Positions 1 to 8,700 of a stretch of 24,000 nt of DNA are shown piece by piece. The stretch's first letter is position 1. The number at the start of each line of letters is the position of its first letter. The position numbers and the translations under genes are program-made. The DNA comes from an uncultured Eggerthellaceae bacterium. GTDB taxonomy: Bacteria > Actinomycetota > Coriobacteriia > Coriobacteriales > Eggerthellaceae. Below the pieces are notes generated by a model that had not been told where the DNA came from, made no database searches, and saw nothing but the letters and a program-made list of their open reading frames with translations. The stretch is taken from NCBI GenBank assembly GCA_947566075.1, contig CANOIM010000010.1, positions 52,187-76,186 of the forward strand, read 5' to 3'.

Positions 1-77
1 CCTACGGCTACGGGCCTGACGCCTTCATCGAAGAAGCATCAGCGGCGAAGACGCTTCCCTTCGCTTGAGGAATGCGA

Positions 78-112
78 GAAGGGGCTGCCTCTCAGAGACG
101 GCCCCTTCATCT
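78..112. terminator. Rho-independent-type hairpin downstream of the endonuclease IV-like gene
   Basis: GAAGGGGC (78-85) pairs with GCCCCTTC (101-108). It lies 3' of the minus-strand gene ending at 158. The T-tract is weak. Confidence 0.5.
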
Positions 113-157
113 TTGGGCAAAACTACGCTTTGGAAGGTCACGAGCTGCTTGTAGGGC

Positions 158-994
158 CTAGCCCTTGTAGGCCTCCTGGAAGCGAGCGACATCCCGCTCA
201 TAGGTGACCAAGGTGGAGTGGGGCTCTTCCAGATAGAAGGCCTTACCAGCCAGGCGCGGATGGTTCGTGAGAGCCGAAAGCGCTTCGAAGCCGATCTGCC
301 CCTCTCCTATGGGCGCATGGCGGTCAACGTGGCTGCCCAAGGCCTCCTTGGAATCATTCAGATGGAAGGCATAGAGCTTATCGAGGCCGATCTTCTGGTC
401 GAACTCATCTAATACGCCATCCAGGTTGGACTTGATGTCATAACCCGCAGCCCACACGGCAGAGGTGTCCATGCAGATGCCCACCTTGTCTGCCTGATCA
501 ACGTTCTTGATCATCTGAGCAAGCTCATCGAAGGTGGAACCCACCTGATGACCCTCCCCCGCCATGGTGTCTATCAGCACCTTGGTGGACTGAGCGGACG
601 TGATGGTCTTATTGAGCGCATCTGACACGTTCTGGATGGCCTCCCCGGCGCTGACGCCCGGCGCGCTGCCCGGACGCACCAGATAATAGTCAATGGGCAG
701 ATGCTCGAGGGCTGCTAGATCCTCTGCCATCACCATGAGCGTGAAATCCTTCTTGGACATCTCAGGGTTGGCTGGTTCCACATCATAGGGGGCATAGCCG
801 CAGGCCTGGGCGATGCCATGCTCTTTCATATAGGCTTGGAAGGCTTCTTCGTCCTTCGGATCAGCCTTCGCCACAGCACCGCCTCGCGGGTTGCGCGTGA
901 AGAACTGGAAGGTGTTCGCGTTGATGGAGACGGCCTCCTTTGCCATGAAGAGGTAGCCTTCGCGCTTGGATAGATGGCATCCGATGGTAAGCAT
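158..994 (-). CDS. Endonuclease IV / AP-endonuclease-2 family TIM-barrel protein, with several zinc ligands substituted (possible pseudoenzyme)
   Basis: The protein starts MLTIGCHLSKREGYLFMAKEA and contains NTFQFFTRNPRGG, VGICMDTSAVWAAGYDI, FHLNDSKEALGSHVDRHAPIGEG and FYLEEP. ATG at 994 is preceded by AAGGGAGAACATC. The track ORF extends upstream to 1366 but probably starts here. Confidence 0.85.
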   Translation of the reverse strand: MLTIGCHLSKREGYLFMAKEAVSINANTFQFFTRNPRGGAVAKADPKDEEAFQAYMKEHGIAQACGYAPYDVEPANPEMSKKDFTLMVMAEDLAALEHLPIDYYLVRPGSAPGVSAGEAIQNVSDALNKTITSAQSTKVLIDTMAGEGHQVGSTFDELAQMIKNVDQADKVGICMDTSAVWAAGYDIKSNLDGVLDEFDQKIGLDKLYAFHLNDSKEALGSHVDRHAPIGEGQIGFEALSALTNHPRLAGKAFYLEEPHSTLVTYERDVARFQEAYKG

Positions 995-1017
995 GATGTT
1001 CTCCCTTTCGCCCAGGA

Positions 1018-1045
1018 TATATAGGAAGAAGGTATGTCCTCCCAA
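1018..1045 (-). promoter_or_regulatory. Candidate promoter for the endonuclease IV-like gene
   Basis: On the minus strand, TTGGGA (1045-1040), 16 nt spacer, TATATA (1023-1018). Confidence 0.4.
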
Positions 1046-1183
1046 GTGATCTGAGCGCTTCGCAGGTCGAACCGTTACCAGAGAGAAAGCACACTGATAT
1101 CCGATGGGTGGACATTCTGTTGCTTTTAAGGCTGACCTGCCCTTCGAGGCGAACGCCAAAGCGAACATCAAAGATCGGCTACC

Positions 1184-1212
1184 TTGCCCTTCTGAACCCC
1201 TGCTGATATAAC
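1184..1212 (+). promoter_or_regulatory. Candidate promoter for the hypothetical gene at 1289/1298
   Basis: TTGCCC (1184-1189), 17 nt spacer, TATAAC (1207-1212). Confidence 0.35.
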
Positions 1213-1297
1213 CTAATGCACGCCTGAGTGAAGACATTTGCCAAACCCATGGGACAGAAGCCGGGTCATCTGTCGCTTTGAGTAGAAAGTGATCAGG

Positions 1298-2395
1298 ATG
1301 AACATTCCTTACTTCGACGGTTGCGGATCGTTCCAGGTCAAAGGGCCAAACGTCGGACGCGCGCACAGACTACGCATCCCTGTATGGTGGTTCCAGGATC
1401 ATGTGGAGATGGATTGGGCGCTGGTCCTGATCGCCGTTTCCGCTGGTTACCTGCCGCCTTCGGAAGTGATCGACTTCGCATCTCGCACCCTTGAAGAAGA
1501 TAGCCCCCAAAGCATCTGCAACCTTGCCATCCTTGCATTCGAGCCCAACCCCGATGCCGCTCGCGAGGAAAAGGATATTGCCTGCATTGCTGCAGGCATC
1601 AGCAAAGACGAATGGTCGGCTGCTTTTGAAAAGCTGTTCTACGCCGTTGCATGCTGGATGTATGTCGACTGCGTCGACGAATATACCCCATTCCGTTACG
1701 ATCTCTCCGTTGATCTCCATAGACTCTGGGAGGCCCTTGGTCATCCCCGCATCGGCGAACACCTCTTTGGATACAACGAAGGCGAAAGGGAATTCCCGGA
1801 AGGCGTGTTAGGTTCATTGGAGATACCCTGGTCCGCGAGATGCGAACCATTATGGAAACAGTTCGTTGCCGAAGGAAAGGCGAGATTCCAGCCGAAGCAC
1901 GCCTTCACCGAGGCCTCTATAAAGACTAATACAGACTGGAATGTCGCCAACGGCATGCCCTTCATCATCCCAACCCCCTTTATAGCTGAACCTATGAACT
2001 TCTTCGTTGCAGGCGAAGACCCGATGATGAAGCAGCTGCAACATCAATACTATGCATCGAACATAGTCCGCGAGATGTGCAACAGCGAGGGTTTTGTAGT
2101 GGAGTTCGCGATAAGCAGCGGCGTTGAACCGCTCACAGACTGTAAGCCGTCTTTTGCCATCGGCGACGTGTTCGCCGACAGCGATGGGGGGAGCGTCGGT
2201 TTCGTCATGACCGTGAAAGATGGCTATTTGCATTCGCTTGAAGCTTATACGCTTGCTTTCACGCTGGACGGGCGTGGATGGCCTCCGAGTGGAAGCGCGT
2301 TCGACGACGTGCATTACTATCTTTACACACACGAACTGTCCGAACGCGAATGGGATCGTATCCGCCCGAACTGGCAGCTTGAGACATCATCCTAG
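1298..2395 (+). CDS. Hypothetical protein; N-terminal half faintly resembles DUF2247, C-terminal half unassigned
   Basis: Long open frame (GTG at 1289 or ATG at 1298) with protein-like composition and no better competing ORF. The N-terminal pattern ...MDWALVLIAVSAGYLPPSEVIDFASRTLEED... is reminiscent of DUF2247 from memory only. Confidence 0.7.
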   Translation: MNIPYFDGCGSFQVKGPNVGRAHRLRIPVWWFQDHVEMDWALVLIAVSAGYLPPSEVIDFASRTLEEDSPQSICNLAILAFEPNPDAAREEKDIACIAAGISKDEWSAAFEKLFYAVACWMYVDCVDEYTPFRYDLSVDLHRLWEALGHPRIGEHLFGYNEGEREFPEGVLGSLEIPWSARCEPLWKQFVAEGKARFQPKHAFTEASIKTNTDWNVANGMPFIIPTPFIAEPMNFFVAGEDPMMKQLQHQYYASNIVREMCNSEGFVVEFAISSGVEPLTDCKPSFAIGDVFADSDGGSVGFVMTVKDGYLHSLEAYTLAFTLDGRGWPPSGSAFDDVHYYLYTHELSEREWDRIRPNWQLETSS

Positions 2396-2608
2396 ATACG
2401 ATAACAGTCGTGCGACATGGGATGTTGGGTGCAGATGTTATCTTGGAACCCAGTAGGGACGGACGGACTCAAGGGGTCGAGAGCTTGCTGCTGCATCAGA
2501 TCCTAATACCGAAGATCACGTGATGAGCGTTCTGACACGGACGCACTCCCTTCATCTTCAGCGTTCCCTACGGCGGCTGATGCGCATCTGTCTCATGGTT
2601 TTGCGTAG

Positions 2609-3092
2609 TGACAGGCACCGGTTGCGCCCGAAGGGTCCGTGCTTGTCATAAAGCTCATTCAGTATGATACCGCGCGAGAGCCCAAAAGGATTGCAGCTCT
2701 CCCAGCCTCACGGATGGCGTTCATCCTCTTGCAACCCCCGGACAGGAGCGAGCTCCTGTCCCTACGAGGCTAACCTGCACCCTCATCCGTAGGTGCTGGC
2801 TTGCCAGCACGAAACCCTCACCTTTCGCCGTCACAGAGGAAAAATAGGTTCAGGAGATCAACCGGCGCACATCCTCAGGCGCAAAGCGCCCACCACTCAC
2901 CCAGATGGGGCATCAACCTGAACGCGGAGCGATACCCACGCCGAAGGCGTGAGTGAAAGCAGAGGGGGACGCCCATGCCAGCTACACAAAAAGATTCTTC
3001 GCTACGCTCAGAATGACAAAGATACGGGCATCAAGATCGGATGCCCGTCTACGAAAGATAGAGTTGCAACGGTAGAGCCCGCGAACGCGGGC
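2609..3092. repeat. Cluster of small palindromic/hairpin modules in a non-coding region
   Basis: Inverted repeats seen: imperfect 2609-2648; GGACAGGAGC/GCTCCTGTCC 2740-2761; GTGCTGGC/GCCAGCAC 2793-2810; GGCGC/GCGCC 2878-2890; CACGCC/GGCGTG 2937-2951; AGATTCTTCGCTACGCTCAGAATGAC 2992-3017; ACGGGCAT/ATGCCCGT 3024-3048; GCCCGCG/CGCGGGC 3077-3092. Confidence 0.6.
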
Positions 3093-3122
3093 GAGGATCA
3101 AAGAGTGAGCGTAAGCGAACGA

Positions 3123-3163
3123 CATTGGTGCCACGTGGTCTTGTGGCACCAATGGCCTTTTTT
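3123..3163 (+). terminator. Strong plus-strand Rho-independent terminator
   Basis: 12-bp perfect stem CATTGGTGCCAC (3123-3134) / GTGGCACCAATG (3143-3154), followed by GCC and TTTTTT (3158-3163). The T-run overlaps the ffh stop codon on the other strand. Confidence 0.8.
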
Positions 3164-4574
3164 ACATGTCCTTCATCATGGATTGCAGGCGACGCAGGTC
3201 TCCCATGCTCATGCCGCCAAGCCCGGGTATGCCACCCTTGCGCTTCTTGCCCTTCTTCCCCTTCTTACCACGCCCTGCCTGCTGAGCAAGACCCGCCGTC
3301 ATCTTCTTGACCATCTTCTTCGTTTCGTTGTACTTCTTCATGAGGTTGTTGACATCGGTCACCGTAACGCCCGACCCGGCCGCGATGCGCTTGCGGCGGC
3401 CCGCGTTCAGTACATCAGGATGCTCCCGCTCCTGCTTGGTCATGGAGTTGATGATGACCTCCATCCCATCCAGCGCATGCTCATCCACCTGGCCAGATCC
3501 CAGCATCTTATCCCCACCGGGCAGCGCGCTCACCAGCTTCGATATGCCGCCCATCTTCTTGACCTGGCGATTCATGGTGATGAAGTCATTCAGGGTGAGG
3601 TTGCCGCGGGCGAGTTCCTCGGCCTCCATCTGCTCTTCTTCAGCCTGTTGCACGCGCACGGCATTCTCGATGAGGGATACCACATCCCCCATCCCCAGGA
3701 TGCGCTTGGCCATGCGGTCAGGATGGAACTCCTCCAAGGAATCCGGCTTCTCGCCAGAGGAGATGAACTTGATGGGCTTGCCCGTCACCTCCCGTACGGA
3801 AAGGGCGCCGCCACCCCGGGCATCGCCATCCATCTTCGACATGATGACGCCGTCGAAGTCTACCTTGTCAGCGAAGGCCTGGACCACGCCCACCACATCC
3901 TGGCCTGTCATGGCATCTACCACCATGAGGATCTCATCGGGAGAGGTGGCTTCCTTGATGGCCGCTGCCTCATCCATCATGGCCTCATCCACATGAAGAC
4001 GGCCTGCCGTGTCTACGATGACCACATCGCGCAGATTGCCGATGGCATCCTGGATGCCATCAGTGGCTATCTTGACCGGGTCCTCCCCGTCTTCGCGGAA
4101 TATGCGCACGCCTATCTCTCCGCCCAAGGTCTCCAGCTGGTCAGCGGCGGCGGGACGATAGATGTCACAGGCCACCAACAGGGGTGAATGACCCTCCTGC
4201 TTCAGCCGGTAAGCCAGCTTAGCGCAGGCCGTGGTCTTACCAGAGCCCTGAAGCCCCACCAGCATGATGACGCTGGGAATGCGCCCTGAGAGCTTCAGCT
4301 TCGCCTGCTCATGACCCAGAAGCTCCGTCAGCTCATCCAGCACGATCTTCACCACGTTCTGAGCAGGAGTGAGCGAATCCATCACCTCAGCGGTAAGGCA
4401 GCGCTCCTTGGTGCGGGAGACGAAGGCCTTCACCACCTTGAAGTTGACATCGGCCTCGAGAAGCGCCAGGCGTATCTCGCGCATGGCTGCATTGATGTCC
4501 TCTTCCGTTAGGCGTCCCTTGCTCTTGAGGCCGGAGAAGATGCCCTGCAGCCGCTGTGAAAGGTTCTCAAGCAT
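3162..4574 (-). CDS. ffh: Signal recognition particle protein Ffh (SRP54)
   Basis: MLENLSQRLQGIFSGLKSKGRL..., GLQGSGKTTACAKLA, DTAGRLHVDE, GDARGGGALS, and a Met-rich M domain ending LQSMMKDM. Confidence 0.97.
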   Translation of the reverse strand: MLENLSQRLQGIFSGLKSKGRLTEEDINAAMREIRLALLEADVNFKVVKAFVSRTKERCLTAEVMDSLTPAQNVVKIVLDELTELLGHEQAKLKLSGRIPSVIMLVGLQGSGKTTACAKLAYRLKQEGHSPLLVACDIYRPAAADQLETLGGEIGVRIFREDGEDPVKIATDGIQDAIGNLRDVVIVDTAGRLHVDEAMMDEAAAIKEATSPDEILMVVDAMTGQDVVGVVQAFADKVDFDGVIMSKMDGDARGGGALSVREVTGKPIKFISSGEKPDSLEEFHPDRMAKRILGMGDVVSLIENAVRVQQAEEEQMEAEELARGNLTLNDFITMNRQVKKMGGISKLVSALPGGDKMLGSGQVDEHALDGMEVIINSMTKQEREHPDVLNAGRRKRIAAGSGVTVTDVNNLMKKYNETKKMVKKMTAGLAQQAGRGKKGKKGKKRKGGIPGLGGMSMGDLRRLQSMMKDM

Positions 4575-4586
4575 GATGGCTCCTCA

Positions 4587-5765
4587 CTACCATTTCTCCC
4601 AGAAATGCTTCTTCTTGGGCTCAGCCGCTTGGCGAGCATCATCCATTTCCACGAACTCCGCCCAGGACATCGTGGCTGGCTCCTCAGGAACAGGCGCTTC
4701 AGCGGGTGCTTCGGCGGTCGGTTCAGGTTCGCCTGCTTCAGAAGGTGCCGTGTCATCCGCAGACAGGCTGAGGTCTGCGCTACGGTCCTCTTCGCTCAGA
4801 AGCTCTTCCGCTTCATCGGCAAGATCGGCCTGCTCGTAATCGCCGATGAGGGCGGCCACGAAATCAGCAGGACGGAAATCCCGCAGATCATCGATGGATT
4901 CACCCACTCCCGCCTTGATGATGGGCAGCCCCAGCTCATGGGAGATAGCCAAGGCGATGCCTCCCTTGGCGCTGCCATCCAGCTTGGTCAGGATGAGGGC
5001 ATCCAGGTCAAGGGCCTTATCGAACTCCCGCGCCTGTTGCAGGCCGTTCTGACCCGTGGTGGCATCTATCACCAGCACGGTATAGACGGGCAGCTTCGAG
5101 CGCTTCCGCGTCACCGCCACCACCTTCTCCAGTTCCCGCATGAGGTCATCGGAGGTATGGAGGCGCCCGGCGGTGTCTATGAGCACGAGATCTGCCCCGG
5201 CTTCCTCAGCCTGTTCCAAGGTGTCAAAGCAGACGCTGGCTGGATCAGAGCCCCGCTCCCGGGTGACGATGGACACATCTGCCCGCTCTGCCCAGATCTC
5301 AAGCTGCTCTATGGCCGCGGCGCGGAACGTATCCGCAGACCCTAGGATGACCGTCCGCCCCGCCTGAGCAGCCTCGTTCGCCAGCTTCCCCACCGTAGTG
5401 GTCTTACCCGTACCATTGATGCCCACGAAGAGGATGACGGCCGGTTGGCCCTCTAGTATCTCTTGGCCACCTTCGGCGAAGGCACCTTGGATCTCCTCGC
5501 TCAGCAGATCCAGCACTGCATAGGCATCCGGGAGCGCAAGGCGCGTGGCCTTATCCCGTAGGTTCTCCACGATCTGGAACGAAGCCGCGCCCCCGATATC
5601 GCTCAGGATCAGCGTCTCCTCCAGATCCTCCCAAAAGCCCTCATCCAGCTCTGGACCACGGCCGAGAAGGACGTTCATGCTCTCTTTGAACTTATCCCGG
5701 GACTTCGCAAGGCCCTCGGTCATGCGCTCGAAGACACCCATTCTCTCCTCCTTGGATCGGACCAT
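4587..5765 (-). CDS. ftsY: Signal recognition particle receptor FtsY, with acidic C-terminal extension
   Basis: GINGTGKTTTVGKLA, DTAGRLHTSDDLM, TKLDGSAKGGIAL. The start is uncertain: 5765 (MVRSKEER) or 5741 (MGVFERM, preceded by GGAGGAGAG). The track ORF opens at 5813. Confidence 0.95.
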   Translation of the reverse strand: MVRSKEERMGVFERMTEGLAKSRDKFKESMNVLLGRGPELDEGFWEDLEETLILSDIGGAASFQIVENLRDKATRLALPDAYAVLDLLSEEIQGAFAEGGQEILEGQPAVILFVGINGTGKTTTVGKLANEAAQAGRTVILGSADTFRAAAIEQLEIWAERADVSIVTRERGSDPASVCFDTLEQAEEAGADLVLIDTAGRLHTSDDLMRELEKVVAVTRKRSKLPVYTVLVIDATTGQNGLQQAREFDKALDLDALILTKLDGSAKGGIALAISHELGLPIIKAGVGESIDDLRDFRPADFVAALIGDYEQADLADEAEELLSEEDRSADLSLSADDTAPSEAGEPEPTAEAPAEAPVPEEPATMSWAEFVEMDDARQAAEPKKKHFWEKW

Positions 5766-5787
5766 TGAGAAAGCCTGCAGCCTACCC

Positions 5788-8700
5788 TCAAGATGCTTTG
5801 GTGCGAAGCGCATCCTCCAGCTTCTGGGACAGCACCTTCGTCACCCCGTCCGCCTGCATGGAAACGCCGAAGAGCACATCGGCCATCTCCATGGTGCGAC
5901 GCTGATGGGTGATCATGATGAGCTGAGTGGTGGCGCGCATATGATCGATATAGCTGGTCAAGCGCCGCAGGTTGGAATCATCCAAAGCTGCCTCCACCTC
6001 ATCCAAGATGTAGAAGGGGGTGGCGCGGGTCTTGTACAGAGCGAACAGGAGCGCCAAGGCCGTCAATGATTTCTCGCCACCGGACATGAGCGACATCTTG
6101 GTGATGCGCTTGCCCGCGGGCTGAGCGTTCACTTCGATGCCTGCCTCTTCTATATCCTCAGGCCTATCCAGGGAAAGATAGGCGTTGCCACCGGGGAAGA
6201 GGGCCGAGAATATCTCTTTGAAGTTCTCGTTCACCTCTTCGAAGGTGCGCGCGAAATCATCCTTCATCCGTTCTTCGATGACGCGGTTGATGCGGTTCAA
6301 GGAACGAGCAGCGCTGCGCAGGTCAGCCAGCTGAGACTGAAGGTAATCATGGCGCACCTTGAGCTCTTCGTATTCCTGGGCCGCATCAGGGTTGATGGTC
6401 CCCAGATTGGAGATGCGCCGGGTCAGGCGGAAGGATTCCTCTTCCATGAGGGAGCGATCCTCCGGGGCCGGGGTGAGCAACGCGCGCTCAAGGGGGACCT
6501 GGCAATCTTCGGTGATGACGGTGACGGCAGCCTGGACCTGCATCTCTGCCCGCGCCTTATCCACGCGGATGGCAGCCAGCGCCTCAGAGGCACCGTCGTA
6601 GGCATCCTGAGCCTGGCGGGCTGCCTCCCGCAGCTGCTGCATCTGAGCGTGGAGGGAATCCGTAGAGCTCTTCGCAGAGGTGGAGGCATCCTCAAGGGCG
6701 CTCATGGTGCGCCGAGCCGCCTGGGCTATGATGTCAAGAAGGGAGAGGACCGGCTCGAGCCTGCGGGCGCTCACCTGCTTCACGGCCAAGACCTTCCCAT
6801 CCTCTTCCCGGCTGGCCTGAAGGCTTTCCAATTCAGCTAACGCACCCTGGATGACCCGCTCTGAATAGGTGCTCCGCTCTGCCAGCTTCGCTGATTCCAA
6901 GCGAGCCTCTGCTAGCTTCGCCGATGCCTCTTCCAGCTCTTCCCGCTCAGGAGCCATCTGCGCTTCTAGCTGTTCTAGAGTAGAGCGGCCCTCAGCTACC
7001 TGAGAAGCTATCTGCGCCAGACGGGATTCCATTTGCTGGATATCCGGCAGCGTGGCTTGAGCCGTACCGCTCTCTTCCTGGAGCGTCTTCTCCAGAGCTT
7101 CCAGCTCCCGCGTGATGGAGGAGAGCTTCTGGGCAGCAGCATCAGCGGCCTGACGAGCCCCTTGAGCGCTTCCCTTGAGGGAAGCGAGCTTCTCCTTGAG
7201 GTCAAGGCTCTCCGTTTGGGCTCGCATGAGAGCCTTCTCAGCCTGCTCTGCCTCAAGGGAGGCGCGAACAGTGGAGGCTTTCGCCTGCTCCAAGGAGGCC
7301 TTGAGCTCTTCGATGCGGCGAAGGCGGGAGAGCACACCGGATTCCGATCCCTTAGCCCGAGCGTTCAACATCACCTTCCCACTGGGGAAGACGATGTCTC
7401 CTTCGGGGGTGGCAAAGCGCAGGGCCGTCCTGTCTTCAGCATGGGAGAGGAGCGCCTCTTCCAGGCTGGAGCAGAGGATGACATCTCCCAGCAGGGAGGC
7501 GACGACCGTTCGCTCTTCAGGGGCGACGGTCAATCGGTCCAAGAGCCGCTCCCCCCTCGGCGCAGCGGCCCCCGCATCAGCCAAGACAGAGCGCGCTTGG
7601 GAGCCATCTTGAGCCATGAGCAAGGCTACGGATCCCGCCTCGTCTTCCCTGACAGCAGCTGAGGCTACCTCCACCTCAGCCGCCCCTTCCACCACAAGAG
7701 CGGAGAGGTCAGCAGAGAGGAGCGCTTCCACGAGCGGCTCAAGTTCCTTCGGGGCCTTCACCAGATGGGAGAGCAAGCGCGGAGGGCGCCCCTTCTCTTC
7801 CAGAGCTTGAGCCGCCAGCTTGGGAGCCCCTGAGGCTGCCGCTCCCTCTGCCGCCTCTATCTGCTCAAGCGCCTCGATCTGGGTCAGGAGAGACTGCTCT
7901 TGAGCTGCCGCTTCATCAGCGGCACGACGGGCCTCTTCTCGCGCCTGCATGCAGCTGCCCACCAGCGTGCGAGCCCCCTTCTCCTGCTCATCCAGGGCAG
8001 CCAAGGCTTCCTCTTCAGCCTGAGCCTCTGCCTGAGCGATGCGCGCATCGGCGGAGAGGCGGTCTATCTGAACGGTCAGTTCGGCTTTGCGGCCCTCGAT
8101 GACCTTGATCTGCGCGTTGCTATTGGCCAGCTGCTCTTTCGCCCGAGCCAGCTTATCCCGAAGGGTGCGATCCTCGCTCTCAAGAGCGGAGATGGAATCC
8201 GTTGCCTCCTTCGAACGCTTCTGAGCCTGAGCGATGGAATCAGAGAGCGCAGCCACCTGCTTGGACAACCCATCTACGCGCCCTTGGGCCTCTTCGGCAG
8301 CAGCCTTATCCTCCTGGGCTTGCCCTTGGGTGCTAAGGAGCTTGGCTTGGGCGCGCTCTAGGGCCCCCGCGGACTGCTGGATGCGCACCTCCAGCTCTGA
8401 AGCGCGAGCCAGGGCAGCCCGACGACGGTCGCGCATGAGCAAAGAGGTGGAATCAAGCCGCTCTGCGGCGGCAGTGATCTGTTGATAGCTCTTCGACAGT
8501 TGACTGGCATCCAAGCTATCTTCCCGAATGCGCTCTTGGAGCTTCGAGAGCTCCCCGTCAAGCTCTTGGATGCGTCCGTGGCGGGCCTGGCACTGCTCTT
8601 CTGCCATGGCTTCGCGTTCGGTGATGCGCCCATGTTCCGCCTTCAGGGAACGCAGGTCATCCACTGCTAGCACCAGCTTGATCTGGGCCAATTCCTCAGA

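Noticed and set aside
995-1366. Upstream in-frame extension of the endonuclease IV ORF
   Set aside because: The canonical Nfo start (MLTIGCHLS) with a good Shine-Dalgarno site is at 994, and the extension lacks family features.
2400-3160. Possible SRP RNA, tmRNA, RNase P RNA, tRNA or CRISPR in the palindrome-rich island
   Set aside because: No SRP RNA GGAAG-type tetraloop domain, tmRNA tag or tRNA ends, RNase P core motifs, or regularly spaced direct repeats were seen. A covariance-model search (Rfam/Infernal) would be decisive.
2949-4187. 412 aa plus-strand ORF
   Set aside because: Almost entirely antisense to ffh; His/Leu/Arg-rich low-information translation typical of a GC-driven shadow frame.
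4605-6840. Several plus-strand ORFs (246, 174 and 163 aa)
   Set aside because: Antisense shadows of ftsY and smc, without recognisable motifs or RBS.
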